Assembly: GCA_023265595.1 (NCBI GenBank)
Contig: JAHFSU010000004.1
Coordinates: 1,667 to 65,666 of the forward strand
From: Deltaproteobacteria bacterium
GTDB taxonomy: Bacteria > UBA10199 > SPLOWO2-01-44-7
Length of the DNA: 64,000 nt
Direction of reading: 5' to 3'
Position numbers and translations under genes: made by a program. The notes beneath the pieces are model-generated. The model had not been told where the DNA came from, did not search any database, and was given only the letters and a program-made list of their open reading frames with translations. This document shows positions 40,404 to 50,607 of the stretch, in pieces (positions within the stretch are counted from its first letter, which is position 1; every line of letters starts with the position of its first letter).

Positions 40404-43184
40404 TACGCGTTGACGCAAAACCAAAAACAGGCCATTGAGTCGATCAATAAACCGACCGCAATCATTGCAGGGGCCGGTTCCGGCAAGACGGAGGTCTTGA
40501 TCGGCAGGCTGCTGCACATTCTTAAAAAGAGGGGGAGCGAGCTGGGCCAAATTTTATGCGTCACCTTCACAGAAAAATCGGCGCTCGAACTCAAAAAGAG
40601 AATCACCCCTCATCTCTCCGAAAAAATGAAACGGGAACTCCCATTTTCTCCGATCGGCACCTTTCACAGTTTTTTTCTTAATTGGATCAAAGAACAGGCA
40701 CCGCATCTGGGACTTTCAGAATGGGTCTCTGTGCTCGATGAACACACGACCAAGCTGGTCATTCACAAACATTGCCGCAAGGAACTTCTCGATGCGCTGC
40801 AAAACAGAGATCCTAACGCCCTGCTGCTCATTGAAGCGATTGAATTCAAACAAGCCCTGCTTTTACTGGAAGAATTGATGCATTTTCGATGGCATGCAAA
40901 AAAAGTTTTGGCAAACAACGACCAGAAAATGATCAAGGAAACGCATGTTCTCTACCAAAGAATTCTTGATCGTTACACGGATGAAAAGTGGAAACGACAA
41001 ACACTCGATTTTCAAGATTTGGAAATTTTGGTGTTGGATCTATTGCGCCAAAACAAAGAAATTTTAAAAAAGACCCAACACCGTTTTCATCACATTCTCA
41101 TCGACGAAGCCCAAGACATGAATGATCTGCAACGGGAAATTGTGGAGCTCCTTTTTCAACCGAAACAAAATTGTCTCTGCATTGTGGGAGATCCAAAGCA
41201 ATCGATCTACCGGTTTCGCGGAGCCAATTGGGAAGGCTTTAACACAATAGTAAACCGGATTCTAAAAAATAAAGGCCATCTTATTGATTTAAAAGAAAAT
41301 TTTAGATCACGCCCACCTCTTCTAGATTTTATAAACCAGACCTTTTCACCCCTCTTTTCTTCCGAAGAATATCTCCCGCTGATCGCAACGCGGGAAACGG
41401 CGGCCGAAACCGGTGTTTCGATACTTCCGGTGGCCACCGCACCAAAAACATCAAAAGAAGAACTGAGAAAACAGGAGGCCCAGACCATTGCAAAATATAT
41501 TCAATCGGTCGTGCGACAGAAAAAAGCCCGCTTCGGAGACATGGTCCTTTTGTTTCAATCTTTAAACGACACCCGTTTTTATGAAGAGGCCTTCCGAAAG
41601 ATGAACATCCCCTATCGTTTGTTCGGCGGGCGCGGATTTTTGAACGCACAAGAGGTGATCGATCTCCTCTTTGTCCTGAAGTTAATGGTGGAGTCAAACA
41701 ACCGGCTCGCGTTAGTCGGGCTTATGCGCTCGCCATTGATCGGATTCGATGACCTCTTCATTACGCAACTTTGTCAAAAACATCCGGTCGATTTGGGACA
41801 GGCTTTGCTCCAACTCCCTGAAGCAGCATGGTTAAAAACCGTGGCTGATCAAAAGAAAAATTTAAGCGGCGCCGGAATTTTACAAGAGGCGGTCCTAGCC
41901 ACCCATTATAATTGTCTGGCCGACAAACTCGATCCCTCGGGGACAAAGTCGGCCAATATCGAACAGCTCATCGAGCTGACACGTCGCCTCGAAACAGAAG
42001 AAGAGCTGTCTCTTGCCGAACTTGTCGAATATTATGAGGAATTGAAAAGGCGACGCACTCCGCTGGCGAACGCGCCGGTTGTCAGCGTCGATTCGGATAC
42101 CTGTCAATTCATGACCGTGCATGCGGCAAAGGGCCTGCAATTTCCTATCGTGATTCTTCCCGATCTGATCCGGACCCCGCCGGCCAACTCCAACCGATTT
42201 CTTTTTGTCCGAGGTGGTGGATTGGGTTTTGCGCTCCGGGAAAATGAAAAAGATCCGTTCAGCCCTTTTATCCCCACCTCCAAAATGGAGGAACTCAAAG
42301 AATTTGAAAAAAACAAAGATTATGCCGAACGGAAGCGCTTGCTCTATGTCGCCTTGACTCGGGCCATGGAAAAAATCGTGATCGTCTGGCACAACGAAGT
42401 CCGTCAACCCTCACTCTGGTATGGATGGCTACAAGAAGCCCTCGCCACATTCAAAGCGATATCTGTGATTCCGACGGATTCCGTCGGTTTCATGCCGAAG
42501 CAATCGACCACACTGGGAACGAACACCCAAGCCCGCTGGGATGAAACCGTTATCGTCCACAACACATGGAAAAAAGAGATCCCCTATTACACGGTCACCC
42601 AACTTGCAAAAATCGATTCCCCCAGCAACCTGTTTGACCCGCTTCTAAAAAAGGAGACATTAGACGGCGCGGCACTCGGCAACTTAGTCCACGCTGTTTT
42701 GAAACAGATCGACGACTCCAAAAACCGAGATTGGAGTGAACGAATCCGTAGAAAAAGTTTTGAACTCGAAATGATTGTTTCCGATGAAGAAGTCCGAAAT
42801 ATCCAAAATCTTTTGCAGCAATTTTTGGAGGGAAATGCGGCGCCACCCACATGGAAAGGCCTACACGAACTCCCCTTTCAGTTTCGAACACCTAACGCCT
42901 TTATCACCGGCATTATCGATTATCTCTGGGAAACGGAACACGGTTGGATTGTGTCCGATTTTAAAACCGACGCAAAAATGGAACCGAAAAAATATCAATT
43001 CCAGATGGATACGTATGCGCTGGCCCTCTCTCGCGCGCTGAAAAAACCGGTCTTAGAGACCCGGTTGCTTTATCTAAAACACAACAAAGCCCATATTGAA
43101 CCTTGCCATCCGGAACGCCTGCAACGGGCCGATCAGGAGTTGATAAAAAGGGTAGATTCCTTTAGACTCTCAAATCATGATTGA
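40401..43184 (+). CDS. addA: AddA-like UvrD helicase/nuclease
   Basis: AGAGSGKT, IDEAQD, VGDPKQSIYRFRGA, MTVHAAKGLQF, LLYVALTRA, C-terminal GIID...DFKT. Confidence 0.85.
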   Translation: MYALTQNQKQAIESINKPTAIIAGAGSGKTEVLIGRLLHILKKRGSELGQILCVTFTEKSALELKKRITPHLSEKMKRELPFSPIGTFHSFFLNWIKEQAPHLGLSEWVSVLDEHTTKLVIHKHCRKELLDALQNRDPNALLLIEAIEFKQALLLLEELMHFRWHAKKVLANNDQKMIKETHVLYQRILDRYTDEKWKRQTLDFQDLEILVLDLLRQNKEILKKTQHRFHHILIDEAQDMNDLQREIVELLFQPKQNCLCIVGDPKQSIYRFRGANWEGFNTIVNRILKNKGHLIDLKENFRSRPPLLDFINQTFSPLFSSEEYLPLIATRETAAETGVSILPVATAPKTSKEELRKQEAQTIAKYIQSVVRQKKARFGDMVLLFQSLNDTRFYEEAFRKMNIPYRLFGGRGFLNAQEVIDLLFVLKLMVESNNRLALVGLMRSPLIGFDDLFITQLCQKHPVDLGQALLQLPEAAWLKTVADQKKNLSGAGILQEAVLATHYNCLADKLDPSGTKSANIEQLIELTRRLETEEELSLAELVEYYEELKRRRTPLANAPVVSVDSDTCQFMTVHAAKGLQFPIVILPDLIRTPPANSNRFLFVRGGGLGFALRENEKDPFSPFIPTSKMEELKEFEKNKDYAERKRLLYVALTRAMEKIVIVWHNEVRQPSLWYGWLQEALATFKAISVIPTDSVGFMPKQSTTLGTNTQARWDETVIVHNTWKKEIPYYTVTQLAKIDSPSNLFDPLLKKETLDGAALGNLVHAVLKQIDDSKNRDWSERIRRKSFELEMIVSDEEVRNIQNLLQQFLEGNAAPPTWKGLHELPFQFRTPNAFITGIIDYLWETEHGWIVSDFKTDAKMEPKKYQFQMDTYALALSRALKKPVLETRLLYLKHNKAHIEPCHPERLQRADQELIKRVDSFRLSNHD

Positions 43185-44427
43185 GGCCCTTGCCAAAAAA
43201 ATGCATGAAAAAGAGAAGAAACTCAACGACTGGTTTCTGAAGAAATCGGAAAAGGTTATTTTGCCGATCACCATTTCGGTCGATATCCGGAATGCGGGCT
43301 ATAAAATTTCGGTTGTCGATACCAATGTTTTTCCAGCCGGTTTCAACAATCTTTGCAACAATTTTTCCAAGATCGCGGCCGAAAATTTAAGCCGCTACCT
43401 CGAAACCGTCCGGCCTAAGGCAAAAAAAGTGCTCCTTGTGCCGGAGGCCTTCACACGCAATCTCAATTATTTCGAAAATATCAAGGCGCTTGAAAATCTG
43501 CTCAAACTGGCCGGCTACACGGTTGCGGTCGGTTTTTTAGGTGAACCGCTGCCAAAAGACCCGCAGGAAACCAAACTCCCGAGCGGAGAAATCCTGAAAT
43601 TGGAACAGATGAGAAAAAATGGAAATCGTGTTCGTGTCCACTCGATGGAACCCGATCTGCTGATTTTGAACAACGATTGTTCGGACGGCATTCCGGAAGT
43701 GATCCAAAAAATCGATCAGCCCGTTTATCCCACACCGGAACTCGGATGGCACAGCCGCCGCAAAAAACACCATTTCCTAATTTATTGCCAACTCATCGAA
43801 GAAATCGCCAAAATGCTTGGGACCGACTGTTGGCGCTTTTGTCCGATCACCTCTGCCGAACACGATGTAAACATGAATATGGAGGCCGATATAGAGCGGG
43901 TTGCGAAGCGGATTGAAAAGGTTCTCGGAAAAATTGCGGAGAAATATAAAAAATATGAGATCATAGAAAAGCCGTACTGTTTTATTAAAAGCTCCGCAGG
44001 GACATTCGGTTTGGGGATGACTCACGTCGAATCGCCCGAAGAATTTTTACATTTGAACCGCAAAGCAAGACAGAAACTGACTTCAAGCAAGGGGAAGGAA
44101 ATTCCCTCCGAATTTATCATTCAGGAAGGGATCCCGACCATCGATTCTTTCGAGAAGGCCCCGATCGAGCCGGTTCTTTATTTTATCGGCGGCGAATCGG
44201 TCGGCGGATTTTTTCGGATTCACGAACAAAAAGATAACCGGACATCACTCAATGCGCCGGGCGCCCGTTTTGAATGCCTCTGTTTTCACAAAATCACGGA
44301 GGTCAAACCGGGAGAACTAACGCTCCACTGCAAAGACCATGAAGATTTTTTCACAATTGCAAAATGGCTTGGAAAAATCGCAACCCTCGCGGCGGGAATG
44401 GAACAACAGATCGTTCAGTCGGCGTAG
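43177..44427 (+). CDS. gshA: glutamate--cysteine ligase (ATP-grasp-like GshA type)
   Basis: SVDIRNAGYKISVVDTNVFPAGFNNL, LILNND, GWHSRRKKHHF, IIQEG, EPVLY, SLNAPG. Confidence 0.85.
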   Translation: MIEALAKKMHEKEKKLNDWFLKKSEKVILPITISVDIRNAGYKISVVDTNVFPAGFNNLCNNFSKIAAENLSRYLETVRPKAKKVLLVPEAFTRNLNYFENIKALENLLKLAGYTVAVGFLGEPLPKDPQETKLPSGEILKLEQMRKNGNRVRVHSMEPDLLILNNDCSDGIPEVIQKIDQPVYPTPELGWHSRRKKHHFLIYCQLIEEIAKMLGTDCWRFCPITSAEHDVNMNMEADIERVAKRIEKVLGKIAEKYKKYEIIEKPYCFIKSSAGTFGLGMTHVESPEEFLHLNRKARQKLTSSKGKEIPSEFIIQEGIPTIDSFEKAPIEPVLYFIGGESVGGFFRIHEQKDNRTSLNAPGARFECLCFHKITEVKPGELTLHCKDHEDFFTIAKWLGKIATLAAGMEQQIVQSA

Positions 44428-44780
44428 CCCTTTTCGACCCTCTCCTGCTCTTCCTTGCAACGGATGCACAAATCGGTGACGGGGCGGGCTTCCAGACGTT
44501 TCACGCTGATCTCTTCGCCGCACGATTCACAAACACCAAAGATCCCTTCATCAATTTTTTCCAGAGTTCTCTCAATTTTTTTGAGTAAAACCCGTTCGCG
44601 GTCGCGAAGTCTGAGATTCATTGATTGGTCGGCTTCGGTGGTGGCCAAATCGATTTCATCAGCAAGGTCTTCAGAATTAAAACCCAAGCCCTGCTCTTTG
44701 GTTGTACTCACGGCAGCCAAAAGGGCCTGTTTTCTTTCTTCCAGCAATTTTCTAAACCGGCCTAAATCTTTTTTATTCAC
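44415..44780 (-). CDS. dksA: DksA/TraR C4 zinc-finger protein
   Basis: DEIDLA coiled-coil tip; GVCESCGEEISVKRLEARPVTDLCIRCKE; GTG start. Confidence 0.9.
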   Translation of the reverse strand: MNKKDLGRFRKLLEERKQALLAAVSTTKEQGLGFNSEDLADEIDLATTEADQSMNLRLRDRERVLLKKIERTLEKIDEGIFGVCESCGEEISVKRLEARPVTDLCIRCKEEQERVEKGYAD

Positions 44781-44874
44781 TTGGAGCCTCCCCTTCTTCC
44801 CAATTTCGAGCAGGTGATATTTGACGAATAACCTTTTGTTGTCAACCCAAAATAGATGTGGCTTAAAGCGACCT

Positions 44875-45195
44875 ATGGCCAACTCCAAGCCACCGTTTCA
44901 TCCCCTCGACGAAATTCTAGGCCGATTTTTGAAAGGCCGCAAGTGGGAGGCGAAACTGAAACAATATTCGCTGCATACCCGCTGGGCAGAAATTGTCGGC
45001 CCCAAAATTGCCATTCAAGCAACCCCGACCATTTGGCGCGGCAATACATTATTCGTCGAAGTCTCCCATCCGGCTTGGCTGACGGAACTCCGGATGATCG
45101 AATCCGACATCCTCGAAAAAATCCGTTCCCATTGTGAAGGAATCGCAATCGAAAAAATCCATTGGATCCTAAGACCCGCTGTCTCACATAAATAA
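44875..45195 (+). CDS. DUF721/DciA-family protein
   Basis: WAEIVGPKIA...LFVEVSHPAWLTEL...ILEKI. Confidence 0.85.
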   Translation: MANSKPPFHPLDEILGRFLKGRKWEAKLKQYSLHTRWAEIVGPKIAIQATPTIWRGNTLFVEVSHPAWLTELRMIESDILEKIRSHCEGIAIEKIHWILRPAVSHK

Positions 45196-45788
45196 TCTTC
45201 TACGACGTTTGTGATGCGGCGGGTTTTTGCGAGGTTGTGAGGACTTCCGCGCACTGTTTTCGAAAAGACGTGGGTTGTTTTGGGGAGTTCCCCAAAACAC
45301 CCACTCGACCCTCGCCTCGCCGATTTGTTCCGCCCCACCTACACGGCAGGTGGGGCTTAAACCCCCAATCGGTGCGGCGAGGCTCCGGGACGCTTTTCTT
45401 AAAACAGTTCGCTCGCGTCCTCACAACCTCGCATCAAAAGAGCATATTGTACGGCCCCCGCAAAACAAAATGTCCGTTTTGTTTTGGAGGAGGGTTAAGC
45501 AGTGACATGGCAATGAGGGTGATGAAAAGCCTGCGGATGGCGATTTTATCAGCCGGGATACAATAAATAAAATCGCCACCATAGGAGCGAAATCAGCTAG
45601 CTCGGATGCGACGCTTTCGCGTCGCCGTTAAACGCTGTCGCGGGGCCGTCCCAAAAATTGTCGCGTCTTTTCAGCACCCTCATTGCCATGTCACTTCATG
45701 GTCATCCTGAGGGCGTGCAATCCCGAGCCGGTCAGGACCCATCCCTTTTTGCGATTTCATTCGAGGTCGTAGAAGATTATTTATGTGA
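45184..45788. mobile_element. 605-bp non-coding nested-palindrome (MITE/REPIN-like) element
   Basis: Perfect 23-bp terminal inverted repeat TCACATAAATAATCTTCTACGAC; inner inverted repeats at 45228-45244/45417-45433 and 45501-45529/45667-45695. Confidence 0.8.
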
Positions 45789-45791
45789 AAT

Positions 45792-46430
45792 TTAAGACTT
45801 CTGAAAGCAGCGAATCACTTCATCGGCTGGGATGGCGCCGTCGCGGATAATGCGCATCGTCTCGTCGGTCACGTCAACCACCGTGGAACCGCGCGACGGT
45901 TCCTGCTCTCCGGCATCGATAATACAAGCCAGCCGGTTTTCAAAATATTTCCGAATATGTTTGACGTTGAGCGACGGCGGAAAACCGCTCAAATTGGCGC
46001 TCGTTGTCGTCAGCGGCCGCCCCACTTTGGCCACCAAGGCCGCCGCCACCGGATGCGAAGAAACGCGGACACCGATTTTTCCGGTATTGGTCACCAGACT
46101 TTTCGGAAAAGAATCTTTCACATGAAATAAAATCGTGAGCGGACCGGGCCAAAAACGGCGCATGAGGGCTACGGCCCTCTCCGGAATTTCATCGACAATG
46201 TCACGCAACATGCTTCCATTAGCCACTAAAACGGAAATGGGGAGTCCGTAATCGCGGCTTTTAAGATCATAGATTTTTTTGATCGCCTTTTTGCTAAAGA
46301 CATCTGTTCCCAAACCGTAAATCGTCTCAGTCGGATAGGCAACAACCTCTCCCTTTAAAATGAAATCGGCCGCTTTGGCGACAGCTTCCGCCTCCGGAAC
46401 TTTCGGACTGATCTGAATAATTTCGGTCAT
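45792..46430 (-). CDS. tsaC: L-threonylcarbamoyladenylate synthase (TsaC/Sua5)
   Basis: YPTETIYGLG, FWPGPLT, PLTTTSANLSG, STVVD. Confidence 0.93.
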   Translation of the reverse strand: MTEIIQISPKVPEAEAVAKAADFILKGEVVAYPTETIYGLGTDVFSKKAIKKIYDLKSRDYGLPISVLVANGSMLRDIVDEIPERAVALMRRFWPGPLTILFHVKDSFPKSLVTNTGKIGVRVSSHPVAAALVAKVGRPLTTTSANLSGFPPSLNVKHIRKYFENRLACIIDAGEQEPSRGSTVVDVTDETMRIIRDGAIPADEVIRCFQKS

Positions 46431-47683
46431 CGGCCGATATCCTTTCTGTAAACCATCCCCTCCCACGAAATTTTCTGTACCCCTTCATACACCCTCTCTA
46501 ATGCGTCATTAAAATCGCTCCCCAGCGCCGTGACACCCAGAACCCGACCGCCGTTCGTAACGATGTCCCGATTTTTTTTCTCCGTTGCGGCATGAAAAAC
46601 AAAAAGATCTTTTTCTTTGGAAATCGCTTCAAGCCCTTTGATGGAAAATCCCGTTTCGACTTTTTCGGGATATCCCTTGGAGGCCATCACCACGCAAGCC
46701 GCCGGCTTGGTCTCCCACGAAAGCTGTATTTCATTTAGTTCCCCTGCCAAGGCCGATTCAAAAAGAGCTACAAGATCGGTTTTGAGACGAAACAAAATCG
46801 CTTGCGCCTCGGGATCCCCCAAGCGGACATTGAATTCTAAAAGTTTCGGCTCACCCTTGTCGATCATCAGCCCCGCATATAAAAAACCGATGAACGGATT
46901 CCCTTCCGTTACCATCCCTTTGACTGCCGGCCACATAATTTTTTCCATCACTTTTTCATACAAATCGGTATTCATGATCGGCGCCGGGGAGATGGCCCCC
47001 ATGCCACCGGTGTTGGGGCCTTTGTTGCCATCCAACAAACGCTTGTGATCCTTCGCAGAGGCAAGAGGCAAAATATGATTTCCGTCGCAAACAGCGATGA
47101 ACGAGGCCTCCTCCCCCTTCAAAAAATCCTCTATCACGATTTTTTTCCCGGCTTCGCCGAAACGGCCGTCGACCAAGGCCTCTTCAACGGCTTGAAGCGC
47201 TTGCTGTTCCTTCTGACAAACAGTTACGCCTTTGCCGGCGGCCAATCCGTCTGCTTTTACAACAACCGGAAATGTCTTTGTTTTGAGATATTTTTTAGCT
47301 TCGACACTCTTTTCAAAAATCTGATAGGTGGCTTGAGGGATCGCAACCCGTGAGCAAAATTCTTTGGTATACACTTTAGAGGATTCGAGCAGGGCCGCCT
47401 CTTTTTGCGGCCCAAAAATGGGACAATGATTTTTTTTAAACAAGTCGACGATCCCCAATGCGAGCGGCGCCTCCGACCCTACAACCGTCAGATCGATTTT
47501 TTCCGATTTTACAAATTGCAAAAGGCCATCAATGTCGGTGGCCCCAATCGCCACGCATTTGGCCTGTGGGGCCATACCGGCATTACCGGGGGCACAAAAA
47601 ATTTTTGGATTTTTGGACGACTGGGCAAGCTTCCAAACCAACGCATGCTCTCTCCCGCCACCGCCGATGACTAATACTTTCAT
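46427..47683 (-). CDS. purD: phosphoribosylamine--glycine ligase
   Basis: GGGGREHAL, KADGLAAGKGV, GPNTGGMG, EFNVRLGDPE. Confidence 0.98.
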   Translation of the reverse strand: MKVLVIGGGGREHALVWKLAQSSKNPKIFCAPGNAGMAPQAKCVAIGATDIDGLLQFVKSEKIDLTVVGSEAPLALGIVDLFKKNHCPIFGPQKEAALLESSKVYTKEFCSRVAIPQATYQIFEKSVEAKKYLKTKTFPVVVKADGLAAGKGVTVCQKEQQALQAVEEALVDGRFGEAGKKIVIEDFLKGEEASFIAVCDGNHILPLASAKDHKRLLDGNKGPNTGGMGAISPAPIMNTDLYEKVMEKIMWPAVKGMVTEGNPFIGFLYAGLMIDKGEPKLLEFNVRLGDPEAQAILFRLKTDLVALFESALAGELNEIQLSWETKPAACVVMASKGYPEKVETGFSIKGLEAISKEKDLFVFHAATEKKNRDIVTNGGRVLGVTALGSDFNDALERVYEGVQKISWEGMVYRKDIGR

Positions 47684-47691
47684 AGGGCCCG

Positions 47692-48561
47692 CTATACAAG
47701 CTTTTTGCGGGTCTCGTCAAGCCCCAGCCAAAAGCCATAAATCGCCTTCAGGGCTTTGCGTCCCCCTTCGAGATATTTCTCTTCATCAAAGTCGGGCGAA
47801 AAGAAGGTCTCCTCAAGCTCATGCGCCACATTGGCCCCATGGCCCGATTCAATCTGAAAATGATATTGAAAAAATCCCAAGTGGATCTCTTTTAAACCTT
47901 TCGGTTTGCGATGCTTTTCATTGAAGGCTTTAAGTCCGGTGATCAATTCATGCCAAAAATTGTTCGACTCTTCTCGGGGCCCCTTGCCGATCCCAAATGC
48001 CGCCCACGTTTCAATCGCAAAACTCGCACCGGCCCCGATATTTTTATCCATGCTGCCGTAAGTTTCATCCAACCCTTTGATAAAATCAAACGTCGCCTTT
48101 GTGCCGATATCCCAACGCCCCAACTCGTGGCGTGCAATCCCCAACGGCGCCGCCGTATCGCGCAACCAGTTGATATGCGCCGCGCGTGTGGCAAATTTTC
48201 CCCCTTCACAACTTCCCGTTTTCGGATCAAGCGCCACACCAATTTCATTGGCCAAAATCCAGCGGGCCCCGACTTCCCCCTCTTCGGTGCCGGCATTCAC
48301 CATCCGTTTACATTGCACAATGAGAAAATGATTGGAAAAGACCGAGAATTGTTTGATCATATCGATCACCTCTGCGGCGCCCGCCTCACCCTTTTTAAAC
48401 CATTTCGTATAAGGATTATTCTGAATAACCGGATGTTGATAAAAATCTTTTTCAACAATCGAAAGAAAACGGGCAAACGATTGGGCCTGTTCCTCCGTTA
48501 TCTCCCCTCTCTTTAATTTTTCTTTGGTTGACTCCGGAAGTTTCTCATATGTATTTGTCAT
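47692..48561 (-). CDS. heme-oxygenase-like diiron oxidase (PqqC/CADD superfamily)
   Basis: HPV near the N-terminus, ligand pattern NE...AH...AIE...HxxxExxH, C-terminal FWLGL. Confidence 0.7.
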   Translation of the reverse strand: MTNTYEKLPESTKEKLKRGEITEEQAQSFARFLSIVEKDFYQHPVIQNNPYTKWFKKGEAGAAEVIDMIKQFSVFSNHFLIVQCKRMVNAGTEEGEVGARWILANEIGVALDPKTGSCEGGKFATRAAHINWLRDTAAPLGIARHELGRWDIGTKATFDFIKGLDETYGSMDKNIGAGASFAIETWAAFGIGKGPREESNNFWHELITGLKAFNEKHRKPKGLKEIHLGFFQYHFQIESGHGANVAHELEETFFSPDFDEEKYLEGGRKALKAIYGFWLGLDETRKKLV

Positions 48562-48625
48562 GGTTTCTCCTTGGTGCCACAGGCATAATCAAATTTTGAA
48601 AGCATCGTCAATAAAGGAGTCAAAA

Positions 48626-49708
48626 ATGATTCAAATTCGCGACTATGACCATCTTGAGTTTTATGTCGGGAATGCAAAACAGTCGGCCTATTATTATCGG
48701 GCCATGCTCGGCTTTAAACTCGTTGCTTATGCCGGCCTCGAAACGGGCGTCCGAACCCATGCCTCTTATCTTTTGCAACAAGGGGATATCCGTTTTGTTC
48801 TGACCACCCCGTACGGCCCGGAACACCCTGCGGCCGATCACATCAAACTGCACGGTGATGGGGTTAAAGCGATTACGCTGGCAGTAGAAGATGTCGATGG
48901 ATCGTACAACGAAACGATTGCCAAGGGGGCCAAGAGTCTTCAAAATCCCACAACCCTCGAAGATAAAAATGGATCGGTGCGCATGGCCTCCATCGCCACC
49001 TACGGCGACACCATCCACACTTTCATCAACAGAAAAAATTATAAAGGAATTTTCCTCCCCGGCTTTGAACCGATCAAAAAAGATACCCTTTGCCGCCCCG
49101 TAGCGCTCCAATTTCTTGATCATGTGGTCGGCAATGTCGAGTGGAACAAGATGGATACGTGGGTCCAATATTATGAACGGGTTTTTGGCTTTCACAAATT
49201 TTGGAGTGTCGATGACAAAATTTTACATACCCAATATTCGGCGCTCAACTCGACCGTGATGTCGGACAAAACCGAAAAAATAAAATTCCCCATCAACGAG
49301 CCGGCGCCGGCGCTGAAGAAATCGCAGATTGAGGAATATTGCGATTATTATCGCTCTGCCGGCGTGCAACACATTGCGATGCACACCGACAATATCGTCG
49401 AAACGGTCTCCAAGCTCCGCGAAAATGGGGCTGAGTTTTTGCACATCCCCGGCAACTATTATGAGACGCTCTTGGATCGCGTCGGTAAAATTGATGAAGA
49501 TGTCAAAACATTGGCCAAATTGGGAATCTTGGTCGACCGCGATGAACACGGCTATCTCTTACAACTCTTTACCAAACCGATCGAAGACCGCCCCACCGTT
49601 TTTCTCGAAGTGATCCAGCGCAAGGGAGGCAAAAGTTTCGGCATCGGCAATTTCAAGGCTTTGTTTGAATCGATCGAACGGGAACAGGCGGCGAGGGGGA
49701 ATTTATGA
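48626..49708 (+). CDS. hppD: 4-hydroxyphenylpyruvate dioxygenase
   Basis: DHLEFYVGNAKQ, DHVVGNV, KSQIEEY, GVQHIA, LLQLFT, FGIGNFKALFE. Confidence 0.97.
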   Translation: MIQIRDYDHLEFYVGNAKQSAYYYRAMLGFKLVAYAGLETGVRTHASYLLQQGDIRFVLTTPYGPEHPAADHIKLHGDGVKAITLAVEDVDGSYNETIAKGAKSLQNPTTLEDKNGSVRMASIATYGDTIHTFINRKNYKGIFLPGFEPIKKDTLCRPVALQFLDHVVGNVEWNKMDTWVQYYERVFGFHKFWSVDDKILHTQYSALNSTVMSDKTEKIKFPINEPAPALKKSQIEEYCDYYRSAGVQHIAMHTDNIVETVSKLRENGAEFLHIPGNYYETLLDRVGKIDEDVKTLAKLGILVDRDEHGYLLQLFTKPIEDRPTVFLEVIQRKGGKSFGIGNFKALFESIEREQAARGNL

Positions 49709-49995
49709 TCATTTACGAAGTAAATTTGGATGTGGATAAAGAGATCGCCAAAGATTTTGAGACATGGCTCAAACCCCACATGCAAGAGGTTGTCTCCTGC
49801 GGTCATTTTGAAAAAGCCCTCTCTTATCAAGTGGAAGATCCAATAAAAATTTTATGGACGATTCATTATCATGCAAAAAACCGTTCCCTCGTGGAGACCT
49901 ATCTTGAAGAACATGCACCCCGCCTGCGTGAAGAGGGCCTCAAAAAATTTGGGAAGAAATTCAGGGCTACGCGGCGCATTCTAAAGCAACTGTAA
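49705..49995 (+). CDS. DUF4286 family protein
   Basis: MIIYEVN...WLKPH...YLEEHAPRLREEG...FG. Confidence 0.8.
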   Translation: MIIYEVNLDVDKEIAKDFETWLKPHMQEVVSCGHFEKALSYQVEDPIKILWTIHYHAKNRSLVETYLEEHAPRLREEGLKKFGKKFRATRRILKQL

Positions 49996-50355
49996 ACCGA
50001 CACATTTTTGAAAATGTCTGAAGTCGCCATCTCGTGTAATGAGTAGGACCTTATGATCCAAACAGGATTGGGCAACAAGAGTATCGGCCAATCTCGCTTT
50101 CAACCCTTTACCCATTAATTGGGCGCGCAAAGTTCCCACCCGAATCCAATAATCATCATGCAACTCTAAAAGAGGTATCGATTTGAAGAGGGATACAATT
50201 TCTTTGGAAAGTTTAGAATCACTGAGCAGCTCTGCCAAAACAACCGGCGGCAAAACCGCTTGTTTATGGGCTAAAGCGAGCTCTACTGCTTCGACATCAG
50301 AACCCTTCTGTCCGGAAAAATAGGCAATCCAAGAGCTGGTATCCACGGCAATCAT
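49981..50355 (-). CDS. PIN-domain (VapC-like) toxin
   Basis: AVDTSSWI, VLAEL, LADTLVA, LITRDGDF. Confidence 0.92.
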   Translation of the reverse strand: MIAVDTSSWIAYFSGQKGSDVEAVELALAHKQAVLPPVVLAELLSDSKLSKEIVSLFKSIPLLELHDDYWIRVGTLRAQLMGKGLKARLADTLVAQSCLDHKVLLITRDGDFRHFQKCVGLQLL

Positions 50356-50558
50356 TAACGATCTTCCCTCAACATTTTCAAACGGATTGAAAGTTTAACT
50401 TTTCCCTTCAGCTTTTCCAGTTTTTCATACACATCGCTGGCCGCTACCAGCTCCAAACCGCGGCGAATGGTAGGGGTAATGCCCAAACCGGTAGCCTCTT
50501 GGGCTTTATCCAGAAGCTCCTCTGAAATTAGGATTGTAATTTTTTTGGCTGTTTCCAT
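50355..50558 (-). CDS. VapB-like antitoxin
   Basis: 67 aa, KKITILISEELLDKA...LREDR; stop/start overlap with the PIN gene. Confidence 0.8.
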   Translation of the reverse strand: METAKKITILISEELLDKAQEATGLGITPTIRRGLELVAASDVYEKLEKLKGKVKLSIRLKMLREDR

Positions 50559-50607
50559 GCGCTCAAAATACCAGCTTACATACCATAAGTCAATACGGCA
50601 TTTCAGA

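Noticed and set aside
45200..45566. ORFs inside the palindromic element
   Set aside because: No RBS or recognisable domain; explained by GC-rich palindromic sequence.
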